From: an uncultured Cetobacterium sp.
Lineage (GTDB): Bacteria; Fusobacteriota; Fusobacteriia; Fusobacteriales; Fusobacteriaceae
Reading direction: 5' to 3'
Assembly: GCF_947038635.1 (NCBI RefSeq)
Contig: NZ_CAMQXC010000001.1
Location: 1-63,909, forward strand
DNA: 63,909 bases
The notes under the pieces are model-generated. The model saw nothing but the letters and a program-made list of their open reading frames with translations. It ran no database searches and was not told the origin of the DNA. Shown here one piece after another: positions 49,163-60,097 of the stretch; position 1 is the stretch's first letter, and each line of letters begins with the position of its first letter. The translations under genes and the position numbers were made by a program.

Positions 49163-49519
49163 ATGATAAAAGTATATAAAGTTAAAATTGGAGAAAAAGT
49201 ATACGAGGTAGAAGTAGAATCAGTTAAAGAAATAAACGGAACAATATCAACACCAGCATCAACAACTGCAGCACCAGCTGCTCCAGTAGCTGCATCAGCA
49301 GGAAATGGAACAAAAGTTGAAGCACCTATGCAAGGGTTAGTAGTATCTATAGAGGTAACTCCAGGAGCTAGAGTAAAAGCAGGAGATACTTTATTAATAT
49401 TAGAAGCTATGAAAATGGAAAATCCAATCGTTTCACCAGTTGATGGAGTAGTAGAGTCAATTACTGTAAATAAAGGTGATACAATTGATGGTGGAGTAGT
49501 AGTAGCAACAATAGCTTAA
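49163..49519 (+). CDS. Biotin carboxyl carrier protein
   Basis: APMQG, LEAMKMEN biotinylation motif. Confidence 0.95.
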   Translation: MIKVYKVKIGEKVYEVEVESVKEINGTISTPASTTAAPAAPVAASAGNGTKVEAPMQGLVVSIEVTPGARVKAGDTLLILEAMKMENPIVSPVDGVVESITVNKGDTIDGGVVVATIA

Positions 49520-49549
49520 TAATAATGAATGAAGTAGAGAGGAGTTAAA

Positions 49550-50668
49550 ATGGAGTTTTTAAATAATCTATTTGCAACAACAGGAATTGCAATGATGACA
49601 GTAAATCAAGGGATTATGATATTAGTTGCCCTATTCCTATTGTTTTTAGCAATAAAGAAGCAGTATGAACCATATCTATTACTTCCAATAGCTTTTGGAA
49701 TGCTATTAGTTAATCTACCAGCACCAGTAAGTGAAGGAATAATGGATAAAGATGGACTTTTAAATATTTTATATCAAGGAGTTAAATATGGAGTTTATCC
49801 TCCGTTAATATTTTTAGCAATTGGAGCGAGTACAGACTTTGGTCCTTTAATTGCAAACCCTAAGAGTTTACTTCTTGGAGCAGCAGCACAACTTGGAATT
49901 TTTGGAGCTTTCGTAGGAGCAGTTCTATTAGGATTAAATGGTAACGAAGCAGCATCTATTGGAATTATAGGTGGAGCAGATGGACCAACAGCAATCTACT
50001 TAACTTCAAAATTAGCGCCACATATGTTAGGACCAATAGCAGTTGCAGCTTATTCATATATGGCACTAGTACCAGTAATTCAACCACCAATTATAAGACT
50101 ATTTACAACTAAAGAGGAAAGACAAATAAAGATGACTCAACTTAGAACTGTAAGTAAGAGAGAAAAAATTCTTTTCCCAATAGTAGTAACAATAGTAGTA
50201 ACTTTAATAATTCCATCAGCAATTCCATTAGTAGGAATGTTAATGTTTGGAAACTTAGCTAAGGAAAGTGGACTTGTTCCAAACTTAGTTGAACATATAA
50301 AAGGAGCTTTAATGTATATAATCACAATATTCATTGGATTAACAGTTGGAGCTACTACAAATGCAGAAGCATTTTTAAATCTTGCAACAATAAAGATAAT
50401 AATTTTAGGACTTTTCGCTTTCTCTTTTGGAACGGCTGGAGGAGTAATCTTTGGAAAGGTTATGTGTAAACTTAGCAAAGGTACAATAAATCCAATGATA
50501 GGAGCAGCAGGAGTAAGTGCTGTACCAATGGCAGCTAGAGTTGTTCAAAAAGTAGGACAAGAGGAAAATCCAAGTAACTTCTTACTAATGCATGCAATGG
50601 GACCAAACGTAGCGGGAGTTATAGGTTCAGCAGTAGCAGCAGGAGTGTTACTAGCAATGTTTAAATAA
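49550..50668 (+). CDS. oadB: Na+-translocating decarboxylase beta subunit
   Basis: TDFGPL, GIIGGADGPT, AAYSYMALVP, HAMGPNVAG. Confidence 0.96.
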   Translation: MEFLNNLFATTGIAMMTVNQGIMILVALFLLFLAIKKQYEPYLLLPIAFGMLLVNLPAPVSEGIMDKDGLLNILYQGVKYGVYPPLIFLAIGASTDFGPLIANPKSLLLGAAAQLGIFGAFVGAVLLGLNGNEAASIGIIGGADGPTAIYLTSKLAPHMLGPIAVAAYSYMALVPVIQPPIIRLFTTKEERQIKMTQLRTVSKREKILFPIVVTIVVTLIIPSAIPLVGMLMFGNLAKESGLVPNLVEHIKGALMYIITIFIGLTVGATTNAEAFLNLATIKIIILGLFAFSFGTAGGVIFGKVMCKLSKGTINPMIGAAGVSAVPMAARVVQKVGQEENPSNFLLMHAMGPNVAGVIGSAVAAGVLLAMFK

Positions 50669-50689
50669 AAATAAAGTGGAGGCCAGGAG

Positions 50690-50971
50690 ATGGAGATCAA
50701 AGTAAAAGCAGTGGCAGGTACTCTTGAATCGAGTGATATGTACGTAATAATTGAGCCAAATGCTACAGGAATTGAATTAGAAATTGAAAGCGTTGTAATG
50801 GGACAATACGGAGATGACGTTAGAAGAGTAATTTTAGAAAGCTTAGAAGAGCTTGGAGTTACTTCAGCTAAAGTTTTAGTTAATGATAAAGGGGCTATTG
50901 AGCCAGTAATCAAAAGCAGAATCCAGACAGTTGTTACAAGAGCAGCTCAACAAAAATTCACTTGGAAGTAG
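50690..50971 (+). CDS. citD: Citrate lyase acyl carrier protein (gamma)
   Basis: AGTLESSD prosthetic-group serine motif, DKGA. Confidence 0.95.
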   Translation: MEIKVKAVAGTLESSDMYVIIEPNATGIELEIESVVMGQYGDDVRRVILESLEELGVTSAKVLVNDKGAIEPVIKSRIQTVVTRAAQQKFTWK

Positions 50972-50981
50972 GAGGAAAAAA

Positions 50982-51881
50982 ATGAAATTAAGACGTTCGA
51001 TGCTTTTTATTCCAGGAAATAATCCAGGAGTAATAAAAGATGTACATATATATAGACCAGATTCAATAATGTTTGACTTAGAGGATGCAATTGCTGTAAC
51101 AGAAAAGGATTCAGCTAGATTCTTAGTTTACAACATGTTACAAAAAATGAGACCAGTATATAAGAGTTTAAATATAGAAACAGTTGTAAGAATCAATGCT
51201 TTAGATACAGAGTATGGAGTAGAGGACTTAGAGTTTATTGTAAGAGCTCAGCCAGATATCATAAGAATACCTAAGACAGATACACCAAAAGATGTTTTAG
51301 ATGTTGAAGCTCATGTAGAAAGAATTGAAAAAGAAGCTGGAATTCCAGTTGGAACAACAAAGTTAATGGTAGCAATAGAGAGTCCCTTAGGAGCTTTAAA
51401 TGCTTACCAAATTGCAACTTCTTCAACTAGACTAGTAGGAATGGCTATTGGTGGAGAGGACTATGTAACTAACTTAAAAACAAATAGATCTCCAGAAGGT
51501 GTAGAGTTATTCACAGGAAGAGGATTAATAGTAATGGCAGCTAGAGCAGCTGGAATAGATGCTTTAGATTCTGTTTACTCAGATGTAAATAATGATGAAG
51601 GATTTATAAAAGAAGCAACAATGATTAAACAAATGGGATTCTCAGGAAAATCATTAATCCACCCAAGACAGATTGAGTTACTTCATAAAGTATATACTCC
51701 TTCAGATATTGATATAAAGAAAGCTAAGAAAATTGTAGATGCAACAAGAGAAGCTTTAGAGCAAAACAAAGGTGTATTTACAGTAGATGGTAAAATGGTA
51801 GATAAGCCAATTATTGAAAGAGCTGAGCATGTTTTAAGACTAGCAAAGGCAGCTGGGGTAAGATTAGGAGGAGACGAGTAA
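50982..51881 (+). CDS. citE: Citrate lyase beta subunit
   Basis: RRSMLFIPGN, DLEDA, GGEDY, IHPRQI; ATG at 50982. Confidence 0.95.
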   Translation: MKLRRSMLFIPGNNPGVIKDVHIYRPDSIMFDLEDAIAVTEKDSARFLVYNMLQKMRPVYKSLNIETVVRINALDTEYGVEDLEFIVRAQPDIIRIPKTDTPKDVLDVEAHVERIEKEAGIPVGTTKLMVAIESPLGALNAYQIATSSTRLVGMAIGGEDYVTNLKTNRSPEGVELFTGRGLIVMAARAAGIDALDSVYSDVNNDEGFIKEATMIKQMGFSGKSLIHPRQIELLHKVYTPSDIDIKKAKKIVDATREALEQNKGVFTVDGKMVDKPIIERAEHVLRLAKAAGVRLGGDE

Positions 51882-51882
51882 T

Positions 51883-53433
51883 ATGATAAATAAAAGAATT
51901 GACGAAAATCTTTTAAAAACAATAAAAGGTTACGGAGAAAGAAAAGCATATAAAGCTCCATTTACTAATCAACCTGAAGGATCTGTTAATGAAAATGCAG
52001 AATCTTTAAAAGGTGCTATAAAAAGAACTAAAGTTGTAGATTCTTTAGAAGAAGCTATAAGAAATTCAGGATTAAAAGATGGAATGACTATATCTTTCCA
52101 CCACCACTTTAGAAATGGTGATAAAGTTTTACCAATGGTTTTAGATAAATTAGCAGAGATGGGATTTAAAAATCTTAGAGTAGAAGCTAGTTCATTTACT
52201 AAAGCTCATGAGGGAATCGTAAAGCATATTAAAGCTGGTGTAGTAAATAGATTAGGTTCAAGTGGATTAAGAGGAGACTTAGCAAAAGAGATATCTAATG
52301 GAATGTTAGGAGATTATCCAGCAGTTATAAGATCTCATGGAGGAAGAGCGAGAGCTATTGTTGAAGGAGATATTAAAATAGATGTAGCGTTCTTAGGAGC
52401 ATCGTCATCAGATTGTATGGGAAATGCTAACGGAGTAAAAGGAAAATCACTTTGTGGATCATTAGGATACGCAAAAGTAGATGCAGCTCATGCTGATAAA
52501 GTAATCATAATAACAGATACTTTAGTTGACTATCCAAATAGCCCAATGAGTATTCCACAAACACAAGTTGATTATGTTGTTGTAGTTGACGAGATTGGAG
52601 ATCCAAACGGAATAATGTCTGGAGCTACAAGATTTACATCAAATCCAAAAGAGTTATTAATGGCTAAAAAAGTTTTAGATGTAATGTTAGCATCAGGATA
52701 CTTTAATGATGGTTTCTCTATGCAAACAGGTTCAGGAGGAGCTTCATTAGCAGTAACAAGATTCATAAGAGAAGAGTTATTAAAAAGAAATATAAAGTGT
52801 AGCTTTGGTTTAGGGGGAATAACAAAAGCTTTCGTTGACTTATTAGAAGAGGGACTAATGGGACAACTTTATGATACACAATGTTTTGACTTAGCAGCAG
52901 TTGAATCAATTGGAAGAAATGAAAAGCACGTAGAAGTAAGTGCTGATTTCTATGCAAATCCATTTAACTGTTCACCAGCTGTAAATAAGTTAGACTTTGT
53001 TATCTTAAGTGCTTTAGAAGTAGATAAAGACTTTAATGTTAACGTTATATCAGGTTCAGATGGAGTTATTAGAGAAGCTTCAGGAGGACACTCTGATACA
53101 GCAGCAGCAGCAAATGTATCAATTATAGTTGCTCCATTAACAAGAGGAAGAATACCGACAATAATTGATAAAGTAACAACTGTTGTTACTCCAGGAAGTA
53201 CAGTAGATGTAGTTGTAACAGACTATGGAGTAGTTGTAAATCCAACTAGAACTGACTTATTAGAAAGATTCCAAAAAGCTGGAATAGAACTGGTAACTAT
53301 GGAGAAATTAAGAGAGTTAGCAAACTTTATTGTTGGAGAGCCAAAAGAGATAGAGTTTGAAGATCAAGTTGTAGCTGTTGTTGAATATAGAGACGGTAGC
53401 ATAATCGATGTTGTTAGAAAAATAAAAAGATAA
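51883..53433 (+). CDS. citF: Citrate lyase alpha subunit
   Basis: ISFHHHFRNGD, RSHGGRARA, QTGSGGASLA, ASGGHSDTA, EYRDG. Confidence 0.97.
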   Translation: MINKRIDENLLKTIKGYGERKAYKAPFTNQPEGSVNENAESLKGAIKRTKVVDSLEEAIRNSGLKDGMTISFHHHFRNGDKVLPMVLDKLAEMGFKNLRVEASSFTKAHEGIVKHIKAGVVNRLGSSGLRGDLAKEISNGMLGDYPAVIRSHGGRARAIVEGDIKIDVAFLGASSSDCMGNANGVKGKSLCGSLGYAKVDAAHADKVIIITDTLVDYPNSPMSIPQTQVDYVVVVDEIGDPNGIMSGATRFTSNPKELLMAKKVLDVMLASGYFNDGFSMQTGSGGASLAVTRFIREELLKRNIKCSFGLGGITKAFVDLLEEGLMGQLYDTQCFDLAAVESIGRNEKHVEVSADFYANPFNCSPAVNKLDFVILSALEVDKDFNVNVISGSDGVIREASGGHSDTAAAANVSIIVAPLTRGRIPTIIDKVTTVVTPGSTVDVVVTDYGVVVNPTRTDLLERFQKAGIELVTMEKLRELANFIVGEPKEIEFEDQVVAVVEYRDGSIIDVVRKIKR

Positions 53434-53493
53434 TAGGGTATAGAAATCAAAATTCAAAAAACATATATAAATTAAAGAAATAAGGGGAGAAAA

Positions 53494-54846
53494 ATGGCAC
53501 AAAAAAATTTCAAAGAACTGTTTGATCCAAGACAGTCAAAGTGGAGCGGATTATCAATTCAGATGTTCCTAGGTTTATTAGCAATAGTTGCATTAACTGT
53601 GTATGTACCTTTTGGTGGAAAAGAGGCAGCTTTTTTAAGAGGTAACTTTTTAGTAATATTTGGTATATTAGCAGTATTTGGTATCTTATTTGGAGAAATT
53701 GGTGATAGAATTCCAATATGGAATGACTACATTGGTGGAGGAACAGTTTTAGTATTCTTTGCATCGGCAGTAATGGGTACTTATAACTTAGTTCCAGCAA
53801 AAGTTTTAAAAGCAATTGATGTTTTCTATGGTGAGCAACCAGTAAACTTCTTAGAGTTATTTATTCCAGCTTTAATAGTTGGTTCAGTTTTAACAGTAAA
53901 TAGAAAAACTCTTCTTCAATCAATAGCTGGTTATATTCCATTAATTTTAATTGGAGTAGCAGGAGCTACATTAGGTGGAGTAGGAGCAGGACTTATATTT
54001 GGAAAAGAGCCTTTAGATATTATCATGAACTATGTTTTACCTATAATGGGTGGAGGAACTGGAGCAGGAGCTATCCCTATGTCAGAGATGTGGGCTCAAA
54101 AAACTGGTGGAAATCCAAAAGATTGGTTTGCATTTGCAATTTCTATATTAACAATAGCTAACGTTATAGCTATATTCACAGGAGCATTCTTAAAAGAACT
54201 TGGAAAGAAGCACCCAGGATTAACAGGAAATGGAAACTTAATACTAGATGATACTAAGGAAGCTGTAAAAGAGGAAGCAGGACCTAAAGTTGTAGTTACT
54301 GCAAAAGATATCGCATCAGCATTCATTTTCATCGGAGTATTATTTATGTTCTCACATATATCAGGAGTAATTTGGACTTCATTAAAGTTCCCATTTGAAA
54401 TGCATAGATTAGCATTCTTAGTAATCTACTCAATCATTTTAAATATATTAAACGTTGTTCCTGCAGCATTAAAAGCTGGAGCAAAAGAGATTCAAGCATA
54501 CTTCTCTAAATACACTATTTGGGTATTAATGGGAGCAGTAGGATTTGGAACAGATGTACAAGAGATTATAAACTCTTTATCTATAGCTAACTTAGTAATC
54601 GCTTTAGCAATCGTTTTAGGAGCAGTGACATTAATTATGTTAGCATCTAAAAAGATGAAGTTCTATCCAGTAGAAGCTGCTATTACGGCAGGATTATGTA
54701 TGGCTAATAGAGGTGGATCTGGAGATATCGCAGTTCTTGGAGCGGCAGATAGAATGGAACTTATCTCATTCGCACAAATCTCTTCAAGAGTAGGAGGAGC
54801 AATGATGCTTATCCTAGGATCTATGGTATTTGGATTCTTTGCATAA
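53494..54846 (+). CDS. citS: 2-hydroxycarboxylate transporter (CitS-like citrate:cation symporter)
   Basis: PIMGGGTGAGAIPMS, CMANRGGSGD, AQISSRVGGA. Confidence 0.88.
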   Translation: MAQKNFKELFDPRQSKWSGLSIQMFLGLLAIVALTVYVPFGGKEAAFLRGNFLVIFGILAVFGILFGEIGDRIPIWNDYIGGGTVLVFFASAVMGTYNLVPAKVLKAIDVFYGEQPVNFLELFIPALIVGSVLTVNRKTLLQSIAGYIPLILIGVAGATLGGVGAGLIFGKEPLDIIMNYVLPIMGGGTGAGAIPMSEMWAQKTGGNPKDWFAFAISILTIANVIAIFTGAFLKELGKKHPGLTGNGNLILDDTKEAVKEEAGPKVVVTAKDIASAFIFIGVLFMFSHISGVIWTSLKFPFEMHRLAFLVIYSIILNILNVVPAALKAGAKEIQAYFSKYTIWVLMGAVGFGTDVQEIINSLSIANLVIALAIVLGAVTLIMLASKKMKFYPVEAAITAGLCMANRGGSGDIAVLGAADRMELISFAQISSRVGGAMMLILGSMVFGFFA

Positions 54847-54879
54847 TTTAGCTCTTAGTTAATTTAATTTACATACATT

Positions 54880-54915
54880 AAAAGAGGTTGGAGGAATCCA
54901 ATCTCTTTTTCTTTT
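54880..54915 (+). terminator. Intrinsic terminator after the cit operon
   Basis: AAAAGAGGTTGGA / TCCAATCTCTTTT hairpin. Confidence 0.75.
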
Positions 54916-54972
54916 AATTTGGAATAAATAATGTATAATAAAGATAAAATGTAGAAGAATTAGGAGGCGTAT

Positions 54973-57744
54973 ATGTTTAGAAAAGATATTCCAAAATTTT
55001 TAATAGAGAATAAAAATAGTGTAGTATATATAGGGTCCTCTAATAAAAATATAGATATTTATTTTGAAAATATAGTTAACCAACAAGATATTAATTTAAT
55101 TGAACTTTCAAATATACAAGAGGAAGATGACTACTATAAAGTAAACTATCAACTTTTAGAAAGTTTAAAAAATAACAAAAAATTGATAATTTTAACATCT
55201 TTGGAGGGACTTTTAACAGAATATTCTTTAAATAGTGATGTTTTAACTTTAACGTTGGGAACAGGAATAACAAGAAAAAATCTTATAGAACTTTTAGAAA
55301 AAAATGGATATAAGAAAAACTATTTAGTGGAAAAAAGAATGGAATTTTCTGTAAGAGGAGATATTATAGATATATTTTCTTTAAGTGGAGATAATCCTAT
55401 TAGAATAGAGTATTTTGGAGATGAAATTGATAGAATAACATATTTTTCTATTTTTGATCAGAAAAGTTTTGAAAAAATAAATAGAGTAAATATGTATATA
55501 AACAAAAATAATTTATATAAAATAGATTTTATAGAACTCTTAGAAAAAATAAAAGAGAATAGAGTATGTGATATTTATTTAGAAAATTCTGAAATAATAA
55601 GCTATAAACTAGAAGAAGCAATAGTGAGAGAAAGAGATAAAGAGGAGAAAATAAGGGAGTTATACGAAAGGATAGAAAATCTATCTAAAAAAATAGATGT
55701 AATTAAGAGTGAAGGGGATACAGAAAGAGTTAAATCTTCAAACACAAAAGATGGAGTAAAATATGAGAATATATCTCAAATAAGAGAGGGAGATTATATT
55801 ATTCATGAAAATTATGGTGTTGGAATTTATTTAGGAATTCAAGAGATTGATGGAAAGGATTATCTTGCAATAAGGTATGCAGATGAGGATAGACTATTTG
55901 TCCCTATTGAAGGATTAAATAAGATAGAAAGATTTTTAGTATCAACAGGAAAGACACCTGAACTGTATAACTTAGGAAGAAGAGGATTTAAGAGAAGAAG
56001 AGAAAAATTAGAAGAGGATATGCTTAAATTTGCTAAAGAGATTGTAGAAATTCAAGCTAAAAGAGCACTTCATACAGGGTATAAATTTTCTCCAGATACA
56101 GTTTGGCAAGAGGAATTTGAAGAAAAATTCCCATACATAGAAACTAGAGATCAAAAAAATGCTATAAGAGATGTTAAAAGAGATATGGAGTCCTCAAAAG
56201 TTATGGATAGAATTGTGTGTGGAGATGTCGGATATGGAAAGACAGAAGTAGCTATAAGAGCAGCATTTAAATGTGTTATGGATGGAAAACAAGTTTTAAT
56301 AGTAGCACCAACGACAGTTTTAGCTCAACAACATTATGATAGATTTGTAGAGAGATATGAAGATTATCCAATAAGTCTTGAGTTATTAAGTAGATTAAGT
56401 GGAGATAAAGAGCAAAAAGAGATAATAAAAAAAGTTGAAAATGGAAGTGTAGATATTATTATTGGAACTCATAGAGTTTTATCAGGTGATTTAAAATTTA
56501 AAAATTTAGGACTTATTATAGTTGATGAGGAACAAAAATTTGGAGTAAAAGATAAAGAAAAATTAAAAAAAATGAAAAATAATGTTGATATGTTAACTCT
56601 AACAGCAACACCTATTCCTAGAACTTTAAATTATGCCTTATTAGGTATTAGAGATATCTCTGTTATAGAAACCGCTCCTGAAGGTAGAGTACCGGTAGAA
56701 ACAAGTTTTATAAATGATAATAAAAAAGAGATAAGAGAATCTATTATGAAAGAGATAGCTCGAGAAGGACAAGTTTTTTATATATTTAATCGAGTTAAAA
56801 GAATAGAGGATAAATTAAATGATTTAAAGAAAATTTTACCTAAATTTGTAACTATAGATTATATTCATGGAAAAATGACTCCTAAAAATATAAAAGAGAA
56901 ATTAAAAAAATTTCAAGATGGGGATATTGATATTTTATTAAGTACTACAATTATAGAAAATGGAATTGATATAGAAAATGCAAATACTATTCTAATAGAG
57001 GGAATAGATAAATTAGGACTTTCTCAAGTTTACCAACTTCGTGGAAGAGTGGGTAGAGGAAAAAGAAAAGGTTATTGTTACTTAATAGTTGATAAAGAAA
57101 AAAAACTAGGTAAAAAAGCTTCAGAGAGAAAGGAAACTTTAAAGGATATTGGTGAATTTGGAGGAGGATTTAAACTTTCTTTAGAAGATATGAGAATAAG
57201 AGGAGCAGGAGAAATATTAGGTGATAAACAACATGGTGCTTTAGAAACTTTTGGATATAATCTTTATACAAAACTATTACAAGAGGAGATTGCTAAAGTA
57301 AAAGGAGATTACAAAGAGGATTTTGAAACAAAAATTATCTTAAATAATGATTCTTATATTCCCAGAGATTATATAGAAGGCGATGAAAGATTAATAATCT
57401 ATAGAAGATTAGTTGATACAAGAGATTTAGAAAAACTATCAGAGTTAAAAGTAGAATTAATAGATAGATTTGGAGAACTACCTAAAGAGGTAGTAAGTTT
57501 ATTAAGATATTTAGAGGTAAAAATATTAGCTAAAGATTTAAAAATTGAAGAAATAGTAGAAAAAGATGGAGAATATTTCTTAAAGTTTAATAATGACTAT
57601 GTAAATTTTGAAAAATTAATGAAGCTAATTGAGGAAAAAAAAGCTAGATATTCTCAAAAAGAGGGCGGATTATATTATTTTGAAGATATTTTAAAATTTT
57701 TATATTGGTATAAAGGAGATGATGATTTAAATGAAAAAGTTTGA
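54973..57744 (+). CDS. mfd: Transcription-repair coupling factor (N-terminally compact)
   Basis: RGDIIDIF, RID domain, GDVGYGKTEVA, DEEQKFG, QLRGRVGR, RGAGEILG, TRCF C-terminus. Confidence 0.96.
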   Translation: MFRKDIPKFLIENKNSVVYIGSSNKNIDIYFENIVNQQDINLIELSNIQEEDDYYKVNYQLLESLKNNKKLIILTSLEGLLTEYSLNSDVLTLTLGTGITRKNLIELLEKNGYKKNYLVEKRMEFSVRGDIIDIFSLSGDNPIRIEYFGDEIDRITYFSIFDQKSFEKINRVNMYINKNNLYKIDFIELLEKIKENRVCDIYLENSEIISYKLEEAIVRERDKEEKIRELYERIENLSKKIDVIKSEGDTERVKSSNTKDGVKYENISQIREGDYIIHENYGVGIYLGIQEIDGKDYLAIRYADEDRLFVPIEGLNKIERFLVSTGKTPELYNLGRRGFKRRREKLEEDMLKFAKEIVEIQAKRALHTGYKFSPDTVWQEEFEEKFPYIETRDQKNAIRDVKRDMESSKVMDRIVCGDVGYGKTEVAIRAAFKCVMDGKQVLIVAPTTVLAQQHYDRFVERYEDYPISLELLSRLSGDKEQKEIIKKVENGSVDIIIGTHRVLSGDLKFKNLGLIIVDEEQKFGVKDKEKLKKMKNNVDMLTLTATPIPRTLNYALLGIRDISVIETAPEGRVPVETSFINDNKKEIRESIMKEIAREGQVFYIFNRVKRIEDKLNDLKKILPKFVTIDYIHGKMTPKNIKEKLKKFQDGDIDILLSTTIIENGIDIENANTILIEGIDKLGLSQVYQLRGRVGRGKRKGYCYLIVDKEKKLGKKASERKETLKDIGEFGGGFKLSLEDMRIRGAGEILGDKQHGALETFGYNLYTKLLQEEIAKVKGDYKEDFETKIILNNDSYIPRDYIEGDERLIIYRRLVDTRDLEKLSELKVELIDRFGELPKEVVSLLRYLEVKILAKDLKIEEIVEKDGEYFLKFNNDYVNFEKLMKLIEEKKARYSQKEGGLYYFEDILKFLYWYKGDDDLNEKV

Positions 57745-58495
57745 TGAATTTGTAGAAATTATAAAAAAATTAAGAGAACCGAATGGTTGTCCTTGGGATA
57801 GAGAGCAAACTTTAGAAAGTTTAAAGCCTCATTTATTAGAAGAAACATATGAAGTTTTAGAAGCTATGGATGAGGGAGGAGAAAAGCTAAAAGGTGAGTT
57901 AGGAGATCTATTACTTCAAGTAGTTTTTCAATCTAATATATGTGAAGAAAAAGGTGAATTTAAAATAGATGATGTTATTGATAGTATCTCAGAAAAAATG
58001 GTTAGAAGGCATCCACATGTTTTTGGAAATGAGATAGATGTAAAGACATCAGATGAAGTTTTAATTAATTGGGAAAAAATAAAAAAAGATGAAAAAGAGC
58101 ATGCAGAAAGAATCTCTGTTTTAGATGGAATTCCAAAGGGAATACCTGCACTTTTAAGAGCGGAAAAACTTCAAAAAAAAGCATCTAAAGTGGGATTTGA
58201 TTGGCCTGAAATCCACGGAGTTATAGATAAAGTTGAAGAAGAGATAGATGAATTGAGAGATGAAGTTATGGCAGGAGCAGAAGAAAAAATTAAAGAAGAA
58301 TTAGGGGATTTATTTTTTGCATTGGTTAATTTATCTAGACATTTAGGGATAAATCCTGAACTTTGTTTAAATGAAGCATCAGATAAGTTTGAAAGACGTT
58401 TTAGATATGTTGAAGAAAATTGTAATATAGAAGAGGCAACTCTTGAGGAGATGGATAAAGTTTGGGAAGAAGCTAAAAATAAAAATATTTTTTAG
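57731..58495 (+). CDS. mazG: Nucleoside triphosphate pyrophosphohydrolase MazG
   Basis: LREPNGCPWDREQT, ELGDLLLQ, RRHPHVF, GFDW. Confidence 0.96.
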   Translation: MKKFDEFVEIIKKLREPNGCPWDREQTLESLKPHLLEETYEVLEAMDEGGEKLKGELGDLLLQVVFQSNICEEKGEFKIDDVIDSISEKMVRRHPHVFGNEIDVKTSDEVLINWEKIKKDEKEHAERISVLDGIPKGIPALLRAEKLQKKASKVGFDWPEIHGVIDKVEEEIDELRDEVMAGAEEKIKEELGDLFFALVNLSRHLGINPELCLNEASDKFERRFRYVEENCNIEEATLEEMDKVWEEAKNKNIF

Positions 58496-58555
58496 AACTA
58501 TTGACATATGAAAAAAATAAGGTATATATAATATTACGAAAAAGGAAGTGGCAAG

Positions 58556-58846
58556 ATGAGATTAGATAAGTTTTTAAAAGTAAGTAGAATAATAAAAAGA
58601 AGACCAGTTGCTAAAATAGTAGTTGATGGTGGAAAAGCAAAATTAAATGGTAAGGTAGCAAAAGCTAGTACTGAAGTTAAAGTTGGAATGGAGCTAGAGC
58701 TTGAGTATTATAATAAATATTTCAAATTTAAAATATTAGAGGTGCCAGAAGGAAATGTGGCAAAAAGTAAAACATCTGAATTAGTAGAGTTGTTAGATAG
58801 TAAAGGTATAGTTATTGATTTAGATGGTGAGGAGGATATATTTTAA
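58556..58846 (+). CDS. S4-domain RNA-binding protein (YabO/RqcP/Hsp15-like)
   Basis: MRLDKFLKVSRIIKRR..AK. Confidence 0.9.
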   Translation: MRLDKFLKVSRIIKRRPVAKIVVDGGKAKLNGKVAKASTEVKVGMELELEYYNKYFKFKILEVPEGNVAKSKTSELVELLDSKGIVIDLDGEEDIF

Positions 58847-59706
58847 TGAAAATATTTAATCTTCAATCAAATGCTAAAATAAATATTGGTTTAAATATAG
58901 TTGGTGTTTTAGAAAATGGATATCATCTTTTAGATATGACTATGATACCAATTGATTTATATGATAATTTAACAATAAAAGTTGAAGATAAAAGTGGAGA
59001 TTTAAAAATAAAAACAAATAAAAAGGATATCCCAGTAGATTCAAGTAATATCCTTTATAAAATATATATAAAATTTTATGAAAAAGTAAAATTAACTCCT
59101 TTAAATATGGAGGTTTTTTTAGAAAAGATTATTCCTCATCAAGCAGGATTAGGTGGAGGAAGTTCTAATGGAGCTATATTTTTAAATTTTTTAAATAAAT
59201 TTCATGATGATATTTTATCTTTTGAAGAATTAATAGAACTAGGAAAAAGTATTGGAGCAGATATTCCTTTCTTCATATTAAATAAATCTTCAAGAGTTCA
59301 AGGTATAGGTGAAAAGCTACAAGAGATTGAAAATAATTTAAAGGTTTCTTTAGTTATAGTTAAACCACCTTTTGGAGTATCTACAGTTGAAGCTTACAAA
59401 CAAATGAAAAATATAGAAAATCCTAGAAAATCAAACATTGATAATATAATAAAAGGTTTGAAAGAGAATAATTTATCTTTAGTTGAAGAGAGTATTGAAA
59501 ATAATTTAGAAGAAGCACTGTTGAAATCAGATAAAAATTTGATTGAGTTTAGAAAAAAGTTAGCAGAAGTAGAAGAGTTAAAATTTTTTATGTCAGGAAG
59601 TGGAAGTGCATTTTATGCATTTTTAATAGAGGATATTGATGAAAAAATTGGTAAACTAAGACACAGATTTAACGATTGCGAGATTTTTCTTTGCAATTTT
59701 AAATAA
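58846..59706 (+). CDS. ispE: 4-diphosphocytidyl-2-C-methyl-D-erythritol kinase
   Basis: AKINIGL, GYH, IPHQAGLGGGSSN, GADIPFF, MSGSGS. Confidence 0.95.
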   Translation: MKIFNLQSNAKINIGLNIVGVLENGYHLLDMTMIPIDLYDNLTIKVEDKSGDLKIKTNKKDIPVDSSNILYKIYIKFYEKVKLTPLNMEVFLEKIIPHQAGLGGGSSNGAIFLNFLNKFHDDILSFEELIELGKSIGADIPFFILNKSSRVQGIGEKLQEIENNLKVSLVIVKPPFGVSTVEAYKQMKNIENPRKSNIDNIIKGLKENNLSLVEESIENNLEEALLKSDKNLIEFRKKLAEVEELKFFMSGSGSAFYAFLIEDIDEKIGKLRHRFNDCEIFLCNFK

Positions 59707-59738
59707 AACTACTAAATCATAAGGAAGGTGCATTTAGA

Positions 59739-60050
59739 ATGAGAATTACAGATGTAAGATTGAGAACAGTGAAAAATGAAAACGAACTTAAGTTAAAAGC
59801 TTATGCAGATGTTACTTTTGAAGAATGTTTTGTAATTCATGGATTAAAAGTAATTGATGGTCAAAAAGGAATGTTTGTTGCTATGCCTTCAAGAAAAATG
59901 CCTGATGGGGAATACAAGGATATAGCTCACCCGATAACACCTGAACTTAGAAAGGATATAACAGATTCTGTTATAGCTAAGTATAAAGAGGTTATGTCGC
60001 AGGAAATAACACCAATAGAAGTAGTAGAAGAAGAAATTGTAGAAGAATAA
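59739..60050 (+). CDS. spoVG: SpoVG nucleic-acid-binding protein
   Basis: [23 protein letters not shown]. Confidence 0.95.
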   Translation: MRITDVRLRTVKNENELKLKAYADVTFEECFVIHGLKVIDGQKGMFVAMPSRKMPDGEYKDIAHPITPELRKDITDSVIAKYKEVMSQEITPIEVVEEEIVEE

Positions 60051-60057
60051 AAAATCA

Positions 60058-60086
60058 TTGACAATGTTAAAAAAAAATGATATTAT
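60058..60086 (+). promoter_or_regulatory. sigma70 promoter of tRNA-Gln
   Basis: TTGACA-17 bp-TATTAT. Confidence 0.75.
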
Positions 60087-60097
60087 TTTATTGATGT

